A DNA stretch of 64,000 nucleotides from Bdellovibrionales bacterium (GCA_027317865.1 DAHVQG010000004.1:128001-192000); one strand, 5' to 3'. Counted from the stretch's first letter, positions 19,070 to 29,534 are shown. The notes: generated by a model from the sequence alone, not told the origin. Numbers and translations are program-made.

Positions 19070-19303
19070 CTATTTTTCGATAATATCGTGACCTATAACC
19101 CGCACGATTTTTTGCCATCTATCTATGACAAATCCTGGATTGCTGGGATTACGCGATACCATAGTGTTCGCGATCAAAATGTAAATTCCAAGCCCTACAA
19201 GCAAAAGTAGAACATATTCCACCGCAATTTGACCCGATTGACCGAGCCGCCTCGGACGTTCGCTTTTGACATTCGCCCCTCGCATGTCTACAGTCGCGCG
19301 CAT
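19070..19303 (-). CDS. Small pilin-like protein with class III (prepilin) signal; start uncertain (19285, 19303 or 19348)
   Basis: Basic leader, then GQIAVEYVLLLLVGL (G/Q..E+5 Y+6 as in Flp/TadE-type pilins) and one TM helix. Confidence 0.7.
   Translation of the reverse strand: MRATVDMRGANVKSERPRRLGQSGQIAVEYVLLLLVGLGIYILIANTMVSRNPSNPGFVIDRWQKIVRVIGHDIIEK
19266..19294 (+). promoter_or_regulatory. Sigma70 promoter of the TlpA-family gene (leaderless layout)
   Basis: TTGACA-N17-TACAGT-N7-ATG(19302). Confidence 0.7.
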
Positions 19304-19889
19304 GAAACGTGTTCTCACCATCATGAAAATTTCAGCAACTTTGCTCATCGTTCTTATTCTCGGTCTTTTATACTACAGTTCTAAAAAAGAAACCGCACAG
19401 CTTCATATGGTTATCAGGACGAACATCCCGAACGCGAGCCCGCCTTCAATGCGACATAAAGCTCTTGATATACCTCTGCCCATTGTTGGCCCGCATGGTC
19501 ACGTACACGAAATAAAAACCACAAAATGGCTCGGTAAAGTAGTTCATTTGGTTTTTTGGGCGCAGTGGTGCGAACCGTGCCGGATCGAGTTACCTGTGCT
19601 TGAAAAGGAGCAAGTTGAACATCGAAAAGACGTCCAAGTCGTCCTCATTGACGTCGACTCCCACGCCTCGGGCCGGATTGCCGCTGCCGAGCTTGCAAAA
19701 CAAGAAGCACCGGATATTCCGCTCGCCTTTGATAAAAGTGGAAGGCTTGAAATCACCTACAATATTCACGCCCTCCCCCTTCATGTGCTCATTGATCGCA
19801 AAGGTCGAATTGTAACGATGTTCACAAGCACAATTTATCATCGCCCGCAGTTTGAGCGGTTGCTTGATGAGCTCATTAGTGAAAAATAG
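19302..19889 (+). CDS. TlpA/ResA-like membrane-anchored thiol-disulfide oxidoreductase
   Basis: N-terminal TM helix, FWAQWCEPC, LP..LIDRKG. Confidence 0.88.
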   Translation: MKRVLTIMKISATLLIVLILGLLYYSSKKETAQLHMVIRTNIPNASPPSMRHKALDIPLPIVGPHGHVHEIKTTKWLGKVVHLVFWAQWCEPCRIELPVLEKEQVEHRKDVQVVLIDVDSHASGRIAAAELAKQEAPDIPLAFDKSGRLEITYNIHALPLHVLIDRKGRIVTMFTSTIYHRPQFERLLDELISEK

Positions 19890-19903
19890 TGACTAAAATT
19901 AAA

Positions 19904-20365
19904 TCAAATTTCAGCATCTGACGCCGAAACCAATTCCGTTTCATCGGCAATTTCGGCGACGATTTTATCCGATTGTTCCGCCAAAACGCGCGCGATCGAT
20001 TCAATGTGCGAATAAACGCGGTCCACATCGGCGTCCGTCAACGGTCCACGCACGCCGATCACATAATCAACCCCGAGCCGATCCACTCGCACCGATTCAG
20101 AATTTACCGTGTCGCTAAATGACATCGAAAATGCTTCGGCGGAGGGGTAAAGCATGACAAAAATATTCACGCCGGTGCGCCTGAATTTCTCGCGAATTTT
20201 TGCGTACAATTCTTGTAGCCTCTGTTGCGCGACAAAATATATTTTGAGCGCTTGAGGTTCTTGAAACTGCGCAAAGTAGATGCGAAGCGGTCCATCAAAG
20301 ATGGCGGCATTAAACGCGGGTGAATAAAATCGTGATTGAGCAAGAAAAGAAATTTGCGGTCGCAT
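19904..20365 (-). CDS. Hypothetical protein
   Basis: 153-aa ORF filling the gap; SD AGGAG upstream. Confidence 0.7.
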   Translation of the reverse strand: MRPQISFLAQSRFYSPAFNAAIFDGPLRIYFAQFQEPQALKIYFVAQQRLQELYAKIREKFRRTGVNIFVMLYPSAEAFSMSFSDTVNSESVRVDRLGVDYVIGVRGPLTDADVDRVYSHIESIARVLAEQSDKIVAEIADETELVSASDAEI

Positions 20366-20473
20366 GTTGGGCTCCTAGTTATTGAACGACGATGCCGTGA
20401 AACAATGAAGTCTCCCCACAGCCATAGCCTAGAAAACCTTTTTCACAGTTTGCAACAAAAATCTTTTAGCGGG

Positions 20474-21772
20474 CTAGAACCGTATTGGTTTGCCCTTACA
20501 ATATGTCTGTTTAACGGGGTGGTATCCCACTTCGTAAAATAAACGGCGCCAATTTTCGTTTAAAACAACGAAGTCAGCGCTGAAATCTGACATTAGAGCC
20601 CCGATTTGATGATGAAGACCCAGCGCGCGAGCCGCATTGTAGGTCCAAGCCGATAAAACTTCGGGTTGAGACATGCGCATTTCAAGTCGCGCCAGCACGC
20701 CGATGAGCGAAAGATCGAGCGTGGGTGACGTCCCAGGATTATAATCAGTCGCCAAAGCAACCCGAGCCCCAGCATCGATAAGCATACGCGCCGAAGGGTA
20801 TTTCATCTTTAAATAAAAGTCGCTGGAGGGCAACAGTACGCTCACGGCGTCCGATTGTGCCAAATCTTGGACGTCGGCATTCGAGATTTGTACACAGTGA
20901 TCCACAGACTGCGCGCCGAGCTTAGCCAGTTCGCGGCTTGCGCCGGTTCGGGTTAGTTGATCGGCGTGGGCCGAAACAGCAAAACCTAATTCTTGGGCTC
21001 GTTTGACGTACTCGCGCGCTTCGGTAAGTGAATAATAATTCTCTTCAACGAAAATATCCACGCGCTCAGCCAATTTTTTCGCTTTAACTTTAAGGAGAGT
21101 ACTGGTGACGATTTCACGAAAGTACTCGTCTTTATTCATCCCCGGCGGCGGCGCATGCGGGCCCAAATAGGTGGCAATGATTCGAGCCGTTGTCTTGGCC
21201 TTTAGGCGCTTGATGACTTCTAATATTCGAATCTCGTCATGTTCACAAAGACCGTACCCACTTTTTATTTCAACAGTTGTCACACCTTGAACCAAATGCC
21301 GGCGCAATCGTTCTTCAGCGAGCTTAACAAGCTGTTTGGTCGAGGTTTCACGGGTTTGTTGAACAGTGTAACGAATGCCCCCGCCTTTAGCGGCAATTTC
21401 CTGATAAGTCGCACCTTGGTTTCGAAGTTCAAATTCATGAGCGCGATCGCCAGCAAAAACAAGGTGCGTGTGGCAGTCAATAAAGGCTGGCATGACCGTT
21501 GGGGCATGCAGTTTGACTTCACGAACTTTGGACGTTGTATGCGTTTTCGCAAGGGTTCTTAGTGCCGATCGGACTTGACGGCGTGGCCCGACCCATAAAA
21601 TTTGGCTGTCACCGCTCCGGCGCGATTCGCCTTTCGTAAAACTGTTGCGATTCCCGGCAATCATCGCAGCATCGCGAATTATGCCCAAATCTTCTTCACG
21701 AGGGCGGCGTCCGTCTTTTGCCACCACCCCCGAAAAAGTGAGTAGTTCTTCAATGTGCGTGTAAAGGGTCAC
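20474..21772 (-). CDS. hutI: Imidazolonepropionase
   Basis: IDCHTHLVFAGDR, EIKSGYGL, HADQL, ALATDYNPGTS. Confidence 0.95.
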   Translation of the reverse strand: MTLYTHIEELLTFSGVVAKDGRRPREEDLGIIRDAAMIAGNRNSFTKGESRRSGDSQILWVGPRRQVRSALRTLAKTHTTSKVREVKLHAPTVMPAFIDCHTHLVFAGDRAHEFELRNQGATYQEIAAKGGGIRYTVQQTRETSTKQLVKLAEERLRRHLVQGVTTVEIKSGYGLCEHDEIRILEVIKRLKAKTTARIIATYLGPHAPPPGMNKDEYFREIVTSTLLKVKAKKLAERVDIFVEENYYSLTEAREYVKRAQELGFAVSAHADQLTRTGASRELAKLGAQSVDHCVQISNADVQDLAQSDAVSVLLPSSDFYLKMKYPSARMLIDAGARVALATDYNPGTSPTLDLSLIGVLARLEMRMSQPEVLSAWTYNAARALGLHHQIGALMSDFSADFVVLNENWRRLFYEVGYHPVKQTYCKGKPIRF

Positions 21773-21786
21773 GTTCTCACCTCGTT

Positions 21787-22770
21787 TTATTCGATGACGG
21801 CGCCGCTCTTATCCGTTTCTTGGCTTCGATAAAATTCATAAATAATCCCGGCATAAAAGCTTTGGTTTTGTATGGAGCGCATAAGAGGGCTTCTACGATT
21901 AGCGGAGCCGGCAAAAAACGAACTATCAACGCCGCAAAAATAGAGAAATCGACTTTTTGACGAAGGCGCATGATGATAAGTGAATCCGACGTAATCATAC
22001 ATATAACCAGGCTCAGCCGAATAAGCTGGCCGACTCGGAGTCGCATACTGAGGTTCTACATCGTAAAAATAACGAGTCAGCTCGCTCGTCCCCCAAAGTG
22101 CTCCGTAATAGGCGACAATTGTTCCGTGTGGATCAAATCCTAAACCATGCGAAAAAACCAATTCAGGATTAAAATCAAATCCGCGGCCATCAATTTGCGT
22201 AAAATCCGTCGACATCACCCATCGCACTGGTAACGAAAAATTGAGGGTCATTCGAGGTTTGTGAATGAGGTGAATCAAAACACGCGGACCAAATTCGCCC
22301 ATCCAATCGAGATTGGGCATGCCTTGACGAGCCTGATCATCAGCGCTGTTAACCGGAAAAGACCCCGCAACGCTGGCATCGATATCAAGTTCCGTACTGT
22401 TCAAAAATACACCGCGAAGATTTCCGTTTTGGTCCGCACGTAAAAAATTACCGCGATATATGAAATACGGGACGGGTAACCACACGTAGTGCATTTGATC
22501 GGCGCCAGGATAATCATCGAGTAGCGCGCTTGAAACTCCGACACCCATTTCAAGCTTCGGTAGCGGCTTTTGCCCCCCGCTTCTGGCCCGGATGTTTGCC
22601 AAACTCAAACCCGTCATTGCGTCTTGGGTACTCGCGGTCAATCGGCTCGGGGCCTGGGCGTTAGCGTAACAGCAATAGCCGATATTTATTGCCAATAGTA
22701 CAACTGCTGCGATTAGACCCAATATTTTTTTCGCAACCTTGACCTGAGCGCAATCCATGCGCACCGCCAT
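21787..22770 (-). CDS. MipA/OmpV-family outer membrane protein
   Basis: Signal peptide; DYPGADQ..PVPYFIYRG, RQGMPNLD..EFGP, YFYDV...ATPSRPAY. Confidence 0.75.
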   Translation of the reverse strand: MAVRMDCAQVKVAKKILGLIAAVVLLAINIGYCCYANAQAPSRLTASTQDAMTGLSLANIRARSGGQKPLPKLEMGVGVSSALLDDYPGADQMHYVWLPVPYFIYRGNFLRADQNGNLRGVFLNSTELDIDASVAGSFPVNSADDQARQGMPNLDWMGEFGPRVLIHLIHKPRMTLNFSLPVRWVMSTDFTQIDGRGFDFNPELVFSHGLGFDPHGTIVAYYGALWGTSELTRYFYDVEPQYATPSRPAYSAEPGYMYDYVGFTYHHAPSSKSRFLYFCGVDSSFFAGSANRRSPLMRSIQNQSFYAGIIYEFYRSQETDKSGAVIE

Positions 22771-22803
22771 TTATCCCCCAAGCTCAATCGAAATCAAATT
22801 TTA

Positions 22804-24513
22804 TTAAATCCATGGAGATTTTACGCCGCGTTCACGCCCTACTTGTATTGCTTTTTCATATCCCGCATCAATATGACGAAATAATCCCGTCGCCGGGTCA
22901 GCTGTCAGCACACGATCGAGTCGCGCATCAGCTGCTTTCGATCCGTCCGCAACTATCACCTGCCCCGCGTGAAGACTGTATCCAATACCCACACCGCCAC
23001 CGTGATGAAAACTCACCCATGAAGCTCCACACGCCGTATTTACAAGTGCATTGAGAATGGGCCAATCGGCAACGGCATCGGTACCGTCTTTCATAGCTTC
23101 TGTCTCACGATACGGAGAGGCCACCGACCCGCAGTCAAGATGATCACGACCGATCACGATTGGGGCCTTCACTTTTTTTGTTCGCACAAGTTCGTTGAAT
23201 TTTAAACCCGCTTTGGTACGTTCGCCGTATTCAAGCCAACAAATCCGTGCCGGCAAACCTTGAAATGCAATCCGTTTCTCGGCGTTATCGAGCCAAGTAA
23301 GCAATGCTTTTTTCTGCGGAAAAAGCTCGCGAAGCGCATCGTCTGTCACTTGTATGTCATGCGGATCGCCCGAAAGCGCCACCCAACGGAAAGGGCCGCT
23401 CCCTAAGCAAAAAAGCGGACGAATGTACTCCGGCACAAATCCAGGAATATCAAAGGCCTTGACCACTCCTTCTTCTTTAGCGACCGCGCGTATGTTATTG
23501 CCATAGTCAAAAGTCACGGCTCCCGCGTTTTGCATGGCGAGCATACCTTCAACGTGTTTAGCAATACTCGCGCGAGACTTCTTCAGATAAGATTTGGGAT
23601 CATCTGTGCGCAGTTTAGCCGCTTCGGCCATCGAATAACCTTCAGGAATATACCCACGAAGTGGGTCATGCGCCGAAGTCTGATCGGTGAGCAAATCGGG
23701 GTGAAATCCACGCTTGTAAAGCTCGTGAATGACGGTGGCCATATTGCCAAGAAGGGCCACCGATCGCGGCGTTTTCGTTTTTTTATAATTTTCAACACGG
23801 GCAATGGCATCGTCGATATTTTCGGCCACTTCATCAACGTATTTTGTTTCAACCCGGCGGCGAATACGCTCTGGGTCAACTTCAACCGCTAACACCGCCG
23901 CGCCCGCAAAAACTCCGGCCAATGGTTGCGCACCACCCATTCCACCAAGGCCTGCCGTTAAAATACTACGCCCAAGAAGCGTGCGGCCGTCGCTTGCACT
24001 GTTTGAACTTTCGCCCGCTGTATTGGTGGCGCCAAAGTGCTTACGCCCAGCTTCGGCAAAGGTTTCGTATGTGCCTTGAATGATTCCTTGAGTGCCAATG
24101 TAAATCCAGGAGCCCGCTGTCATTTGTCCGAACATCATGAGCCCGCGCCGGTCGAGTTCATCAAAATGTTCCCAAGTAGCCCATTTACCAACGAGATTCG
24201 AATTGGCGATGAGAACCCGCGGCGCATCGGGGTGAGTTTTTACCACTCCCACCGGTTTACCCGACTGAATCAGAAGAGTTTCATCGTCGTTCAACTCTTG
24301 CAACGTTTCTAATATTTTATCAAAACAAGGCCAGTTGCGCGCCGCTTTGCCGCGTCCACCATACACAATCAATTCTTCGGGGTGCTCAGCCACATTCGGA
24401 TCGAGATTATTTTGAATCATCCGAAACGCCGCTTCTTGAATCCAGCCTTTGCAATGTAGATCCGTGCCGGTCGGCGCCCGAACAATGCGCGCGCGGCCCT
24501 TTTCTTTTACCAT
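22804..24513 (-). CDS. hutU: Urocanate hydratase
   Basis: [43 protein letters not shown]. Confidence 0.97.
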   Translation of the reverse strand: MVKEKGRARIVRAPTGTDLHCKGWIQEAAFRMIQNNLDPNVAEHPEELIVYGGRGKAARNWPCFDKILETLQELNDDETLLIQSGKPVGVVKTHPDAPRVLIANSNLVGKWATWEHFDELDRRGLMMFGQMTAGSWIYIGTQGIIQGTYETFAEAGRKHFGATNTAGESSNSASDGRTLLGRSILTAGLGGMGGAQPLAGVFAGAAVLAVEVDPERIRRRVETKYVDEVAENIDDAIARVENYKKTKTPRSVALLGNMATVIHELYKRGFHPDLLTDQTSAHDPLRGYIPEGYSMAEAAKLRTDDPKSYLKKSRASIAKHVEGMLAMQNAGAVTFDYGNNIRAVAKEEGVVKAFDIPGFVPEYIRPLFCLGSGPFRWVALSGDPHDIQVTDDALRELFPQKKALLTWLDNAEKRIAFQGLPARICWLEYGERTKAGLKFNELVRTKKVKAPIVIGRDHLDCGSVASPYRETEAMKDGTDAVADWPILNALVNTACGASWVSFHHGGGVGIGYSLHAGQVIVADGSKAADARLDRVLTADPATGLFRHIDAGYEKAIQVGRERGVKSPWI

Positions 24514-26072
24514 TCGAGTTCCCCTATTTTTTGTGTCGCAAGAGTCAGTAATTCGCCGGATGCAATATGATGGCGGATGGTTTCGACGTCTTTTGCGAAC
24601 ACACGATCGACTTTGGCGAGTGGCACGTACCGCTCCAACCGGTCAAACGCGACCGCGACGGCGCCTGACGGGCGTAATGGCTTCAGCAGCGAAAGTGCTT
24701 GCATGGAACACAACATTTCCATCGCCAAAATATTTTCGAGATTATCGACGACCTTGCGAAGTTTTCGTGCGGCAATCGTCCCCATGCTGACGTGGTCTTC
24801 TTTATCAACAGATGTTGGGATGCTATCAACCGACGCCGGATGCGTGTGAATTTTATTTTCACTGACTAACGCGGCGGCTGCGACTTGCACGATCATCATT
24901 CCCGAATTTAAACCGCCGTCGACCGCCAAAAACGCAGGCAAACGGCTGAAGTTGGGATTGATAAGCTTAGAAATTCGGCACTCGCTCATGCTGCCGATCG
25001 CGGCCAGAGCGATCGCAAGGTAATCAAGTTGAAAAGCAACCGGTTCGCCATGAAAATTCCCACATGAGAGCACCTTGCCATCTTTGGCAAACACAAGCGG
25101 ATTATCGGTGCTCGAATTGGCTTCGATTTCTAGGGTTTCAATCGCGCGGCGAAGGCTGTCTTTCACCGCTCCATGAACAGCCGGCATGCAGCGAAGTGAG
25201 TACGCATCTTGCACGCGATCACAGTTTTCGTGGCTCTTTGAGATTTCTGAAGTTTCGCCGAGTATACGCAAGAGGTTGCGGGCGGTTTTGCGCTCACCGG
25301 CATGCGGCCTTGTTTCAGAAATGAGCGGATCAAATGCAGACCGCGAACCACGTAAAGCTTCAAGACTCATGGCCCCTGAAACATCGGCTTGCAAGACAAG
25401 ATTGCGCGCCCGATGAGCGGCAAGTAATCCCACTGCCGTCATAACCTGACAGCCATTAATGAGCGACAAGCCCTCTTTGGCTTTAAGTTTAAGCGGCTCT
25501 AAGTTATGCGACTTCAAAACTTCGAGCGTATTTTGACGAGTGCCGCTCGGTGACCACACTTCACCTTCGCCAATTAACGACAACGCCAAATGCGCGAGCG
25601 GAGCAAGGTCACCGCTAGCTCCCACACTGCCTTGCGATGGAATCACGGGAATAATATCATGATTTAAAAACTCGATAATTTTTCCGACGACCTCAACTCT
25701 CACGCCACTATGGCCGCGCGCAAGCGTATTGGCCCGCAAAAACATTATGGCCCGGCTTTCAGCGCGCGTAAACGGCTCGCCCACCCCGACGCAGTGAGAG
25801 TGTATTAAATTTTTTTGTAAATTTTCAATATCCGCGTCCGAAATGCGCACCGAACTGAATGCGCCAAATCCCGTGTTCACTCCATAAATGATTTCGCCCT
25901 TTGTAATCGCTTTTTCAATGAAATCACGAGAGGTCTGCATGCGCGCACGGGCGCTGTCTGAAAGTTGCACGTGCTCGCCCCGCCACGCGGCCACCGCTTC
26001 GCCCGCAGCTTCAGCACCAGCCACCTTCCAAACTTCATCAATTGTTACACCTTCGCCCGTAATTTCGATCAT
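24507..26072 (-). CDS. hutH: Histidine ammonia-lyase
   Basis: [11 protein letters not shown] motif [25 protein letters not shown]. Confidence 0.97.
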   Translation of the reverse strand: MIEITGEGVTIDEVWKVAGAEAAGEAVAAWRGEHVQLSDSARARMQTSRDFIEKAITKGEIIYGVNTGFGAFSSVRISDADIENLQKNLIHSHCVGVGEPFTRAESRAIMFLRANTLARGHSGVRVEVVGKIIEFLNHDIIPVIPSQGSVGASGDLAPLAHLALSLIGEGEVWSPSGTRQNTLEVLKSHNLEPLKLKAKEGLSLINGCQVMTAVGLLAAHRARNLVLQADVSGAMSLEALRGSRSAFDPLISETRPHAGERKTARNLLRILGETSEISKSHENCDRVQDAYSLRCMPAVHGAVKDSLRRAIETLEIEANSSTDNPLVFAKDGKVLSCGNFHGEPVAFQLDYLAIALAAIGSMSECRISKLINPNFSRLPAFLAVDGGLNSGMMIVQVAAAALVSENKIHTHPASVDSIPTSVDKEDHVSMGTIAARKLRKVVDNLENILAMEMLCSMQALSLLKPLRPSGAVAVAFDRLERYVPLAKVDRVFAKDVETIRHHIASGELLTLATQKIGELEW

Positions 26073-26082
26073 AAAATTTCGA

Positions 26083-26748
26083 TCACAATTCTTGCTTTGC
26101 CGCCTTTAGCTTTGCAATCGCCTCTCTATAGTCGCGGCTAAATATATAATGTCCGGCTACCAGCACATCCGCCAAGCGACATTGCGTAGCGGTGTCAGCG
26201 TTGATACCGCCGTCGACCTCGATTAGGGCCTTCGAGCCGATTCGGTTTAACTCCGCTCGAATCGCCGCAATCTTACCCACCTGTTCAAACATAAAAGTTT
26301 GCCCGCCAAAACCGGGGTTCACCGTCATAATGAGAATTAAATCCGTTTTTGACAGGTATGGAAAAATCTTTTCAACCGCTGTCGCAGGACGCAAAGTCAG
26401 ACCAGCTTTGCACCCAGCGGCGCGAATGGTTTCAAGGCAACCGTCAACCTCGTCGGTCGATTCAACATGGATGGTAATAAGGTCACTGCCCGCATTTATG
26501 AACTCTTTTAGCCATTTTTCAGGGCGTTCGATCATCAAATGGACGTCCAACGGCTTCTTTGTGCAGGACCGCAAACTTTTGATCACGGGCGCGCCAATAG
26601 TTAAATTGGGCACGAAATGACCGTCCATCACGTCGATATGCAGCCAATCAGCGCCCGCGTTTTCAACGGCACTAATTTCTTCGGAGAGCCGCGAAAAATC
26701 GGCCGATAATAAACTTGGAGCAATCAAAAATTCATTCAACTCGATCAC
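26083..26748 (-). CDS. rpe: Ribulose-phosphate 3-epimerase
   Basis: IAPSLLSADF, HIDVMDGHFVPN, MTVNPGFGGQ, VDGGI. Confidence 0.96.
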   Translation of the reverse strand: MIELNEFLIAPSLLSADFSRLSEEISAVENAGADWLHIDVMDGHFVPNLTIGAPVIKSLRSCTKKPLDVHLMIERPEKWLKEFINAGSDLITIHVESTDEVDGCLETIRAAGCKAGLTLRPATAVEKIFPYLSKTDLILIMTVNPGFGGQTFMFEQVGKIAAIRAELNRIGSKALIEVDGGINADTATQCRLADVLVAGHYIFSRDYREAIAKLKAAKQEL

Positions 26749-27688
26749 CTACTTTGAGCTTATAGCCTAACAAAAAATCATGGGCCGACATTGGTGATTT
26801 CGACTCCGGTTGCACGCGTGTAATACGTAACGCTCCCTCGCGGCAAGCCACAGTAAAACTGTCGTTACCCACGGCTACAATATTCCCCGGCGTATTCCGA
26901 GCAGAAGTATCTGTCAAATGAACGACCTCGCCGCTGAGTATTTTAAGCGCACGACCGTTTAAATTCGTCGCCGAACCGGGGCCCAAAATCATGGCACGAA
27001 TATGATTACGTATTTGCGTGGCCGTTTTATTGTTCCAATCGATCTGTGCTTCTGATTTTTCAATTTTGTGCGCATACGTCACGAGTTTCTCGTCTTGGGG
27101 AGTCGGCACCAAATCTCCGCGCAAATATTTGAGAAAATCCACTCGTAAAAGCCGCACGCCGAGCGGCATTAGTTCATCGTGAAGGCGTTGAGCATCCCAC
27201 GACTCGTCGATTTTGACACGATAGCTCGCAATTACATCACCAGCATCGAGCTTTTTAACCATTAGTTGCAGCGACACACCAGTTTCAATATCGCCAGCCT
27301 CAATGGCGCGCTGAATAGGCGCGGCCCCCCTCCAGCGCGGCAAGAGACTCGCATGTACATTGACCACTTTGCCAGGAAATATATCTAAAAAAGTTTGCGG
27401 CAAAATCTGACCGTACGCTACAACAATGGCGGCATCTGCGCCCCAACTTTTAATCTCACGTAAAGTCTCTTCATTTTTAATGGTTTCAGGCGTGATGACG
27501 CGCAAACCCCGATCAAGAGCTAATTGTTTAACCGGGCTCGGCGTGAGGTGCATTTTACGGCCGCTGGGGCGGTCAGGTTGGCTAATTACTCCGACGACTG
27601 AATACTGGGGATCATCAATAAGACTCGCAAGATGATGACGCGAAAAATCTGGAGTGCCCAGAAAAACAACACGAATGGTTGAACTCAA
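26732..27688 (-). CDS. fmt: Methionyl-tRNA formyltransferase
   Basis: FLGTPDF, NVHASLLPRWRGAAPIQRA, LDAGD. Confidence 0.97.
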   Translation of the reverse strand: MSSTIRVVFLGTPDFSRHHLASLIDDPQYSVVGVISQPDRPSGRKMHLTPSPVKQLALDRGLRVITPETIKNEETLREIKSWGADAAIVVAYGQILPQTFLDIFPGKVVNVHASLLPRWRGAAPIQRAIEAGDIETGVSLQLMVKKLDAGDVIASYRVKIDESWDAQRLHDELMPLGVRLLRVDFLKYLRGDLVPTPQDEKLVTYAHKIEKSEAQIDWNNKTATQIRNHIRAMILGPGSATNLNGRALKILSGEVVHLTDTSARNTPGNIVAVGNDSFTVACREGALRITRVQPESKSPMSAHDFLLGYKLKVGDRVE

Positions 27689-28362
27689 AGCCGATGTTCC
27701 GAAGGTGTTTTAGATTCTTCGCCTTTATCGGACTCGTCATCGTCTTTTTGATCCGTAGAATATCCAAATTTGCGAATTTTCGCCTTAATTCTCGCCGATT
27801 TAATTGGGCTGAGACGATCGATAAAAAGCTTGCCGTCCAAATGGTCTATTTCGTGTTGAATACAAATAGCAAGCAGACCGTCGGTTTTAAATTCAATTTT
27901 CTTACCTTCTATATTGAGAGCTTCGACTTCAATGATTCGTGCCCGCTCCACCACTTCAAAATAGGTGGGAACACTCAAACAACCTTCATTATAAGTAATC
28001 TTGCCTTCTTTTTTTTTCACGACCGGATTGAACAAAATGAGCGGCTGAGCGATGTTCTTTTCGAATACTGGTTCGCCCAATTCGTCCCGAAGCTCGCGTT
28101 CGTTGACTTCGTCTTCGGGGCCCTCACGACTGTCGTCTTCGGGGCCCTCACGACTGTCGTCTTCGGGTCGACGCGTATCAATTACGATCAAGCGGATTTG
28201 CCGATTCACTTGCGCTGCCGCAAGGCCGATCCCGCGGTGGGCATACATTGTTTCCAGCATATCGTTGGCAAATTGGGCAAGCTCGTCGGTGACTTTATCA
28301 ACCGGCTTACATTTTTTGCGTAAATTCGGATCTGGAAATTTTAGAATTTCTAACTTCGCCAC
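27685..28362 (-). CDS. def: Peptide deformylase with acidic repeat insertion
   Basis: GIGLAAAQ, EGCLS, QHEIDHLDG. Confidence 0.96.
   Translation of the reverse strand: MAKLEILKFPDPNLRKKCKPVDKVTDELAQFANDMLETMYAHRGIGLAAAQVNRQIRLIVIDTRRPEDDSREGPEDDSREGPEDEVNERELRDELGEPVFEKNIAQPLILFNPVVKKKEGKITYNEGCLSVPTYFEVVERARIIEVEALNIEGKKIEFKTDGLLAICIQHEIDHLDGKLFIDRLSPIKSARIKAKIRKFGYSTDQKDDDESDKGEESKTPSEHRL
28109..28167. repeat. 24-bp tandem repeat (about 2.5 copies) inside def
   Basis: TCGTCTTCGGGGCCCTCACGACTG twice plus a partial copy; encodes PEDDSREG. Confidence 0.9.
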
Positions 28363-28368
28363 AAAATA

Positions 28369-28397
28369 ACAATACCAAATTCATTAGAGGCGGTCAA
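28369..28397 (-). promoter_or_regulatory. Sigma70 promoter of the def operon (leaderless layout)
   Basis: TTGACC-N17-TATTGT with TGn extension, 6 nt before the GTG start; no SD. Confidence 0.7.
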
Positions 28398-28409
28398 AAT
28401 TGCCCGTTT

Positions 28410-29489
28410 TCACTGCTTTAAATTGACGAGCGCGGCCGTCGCCGCCCCGCCCATGATAAAATTCGGCCCCCAAGCCGCTAACATGGGATCAATCACTCCG
28501 TGTTTACCCATCGCCAATGAGGCACTGTAAAACACCCAATAAATGAAGCCGATAGCAACACTCAACCCGATATTTACCATATTACCACCGGCGCGCGCGC
28601 GCTTAATGGTGAACGGGATCCCCATCAACGACAATACAAGGCCGGCAAACGCGTACGACATTTTGGAATAAAGATCTACCTCATAGCCGAGCGTATTAAG
28701 GCCGGCCGCCTTGTTTCTTTCGATAAAATGGCGCAACTGTTCCGTCGTGAGAGTGTCGCTTGATGGCCTTACAGCAGCAAAATCGGCTAAGTCTTCACTT
28801 ACAGTCAGAGTTTTTCTTTGAAATGTTTTAGTTAACGGAAAACTCGATTCGTTAGTGAACAAAGTCACCGAGCCATCGCGCAAATGCCAAGTTTTTTTGT
28901 TCATGAATACCGTTTTAGCTTTAATAAGCTGCACAAGGTTCCAGGCATTATCGAAATAATAAAGAGTGATGCCTTGTGCCGTCTTTTTTTCGGCGTTTAA
29001 ATAAGAAATATTAAAAATCGTATTATGCGATCGATACCAAATTTTGTTTCGTTCAACCGTCGAATATAGTCCAGGGTCTTTTTCTAGGTCGACGTAATAA
29101 ACATAGTTTTTCTTTTGTGCCGCAACGGGCAGAACATGATCGCCGAACCAATACGTGAATAAACAAATAAGGCTCAGAACCATCAATACCGGCAAACACA
29201 CGCGCGCCAAACTGTACCCCAAACTATAAAGCGCGGTGAGTTCGTTGTTACGGTTGAGCGCTGAGAGCGTGAACATCGTCCCCACCATGCCGCCAATAGG
29301 CATCAGGCGATATAGGATACGGATTATGTCATACTTATAATATTCAACTAAAACGTGCGTGGGAGCGTGAAACTGCATCGACACCGACGTGTAATCGATT
29401 GCAAGGTAGATCGCTGCAAACACAATAAGTCCGCCTAAAAAATAAAAGAAAAAATTTTTCGCTAAATAGCGGTCGATACTAGTAAACAG
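28410..29489 (-). CDS. lptG: LPS export ABC permease (LptG/LptF family); probable CTG start
   Basis: IDRYL N-terminus, NNELTALYSLGYSLAR, C-terminal PMLAAWGPN; frame is open to CTG 29489 behind SD GAGGTG. Confidence 0.85.
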   Translation of the reverse strand: MFTSIDRYLAKNFFFYFLGGLIVFAAIYLAIDYTSVSMQFHAPTHVLVEYYKYDIIRILYRLMPIGGMVGTMFTLSALNRNNELTALYSLGYSLARVCLPVLMVLSLICLFTYWFGDHVLPVAAQKKNYVYYVDLEKDPGLYSTVERNKIWYRSHNTIFNISYLNAEKKTAQGITLYYFDNAWNLVQLIKAKTVFMNKKTWHLRDGSVTLFTNESSFPLTKTFQRKTLTVSEDLADFAAVRPSSDTLTTEQLRHFIERNKAAGLNTLGYEVDLYSKMSYAFAGLVLSLMGIPFTIKRARAGGNMVNIGLSVAIGFIYWVFYSASLAMGKHGVIDPMLAAWGPNFIMGGAATAALVNLKQ

Positions 29490-29534
29490 CTATCACCTCG
29501 TTGTCTGCCCTATCTTGACTCTACACTGGATTCG

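Noticed and set aside
28109-28167. 24-bp repeats (also 4093-4139) as a possible CRISPR array
   Set aside because: Tandem with no spacers, in frame inside genes, and no cas genes
27679-28323. 214-aa ORF antisense to def with repeated FGALTTVV
   Set aside because: Shadow of def; the repeat is the reverse complement of the def duplication
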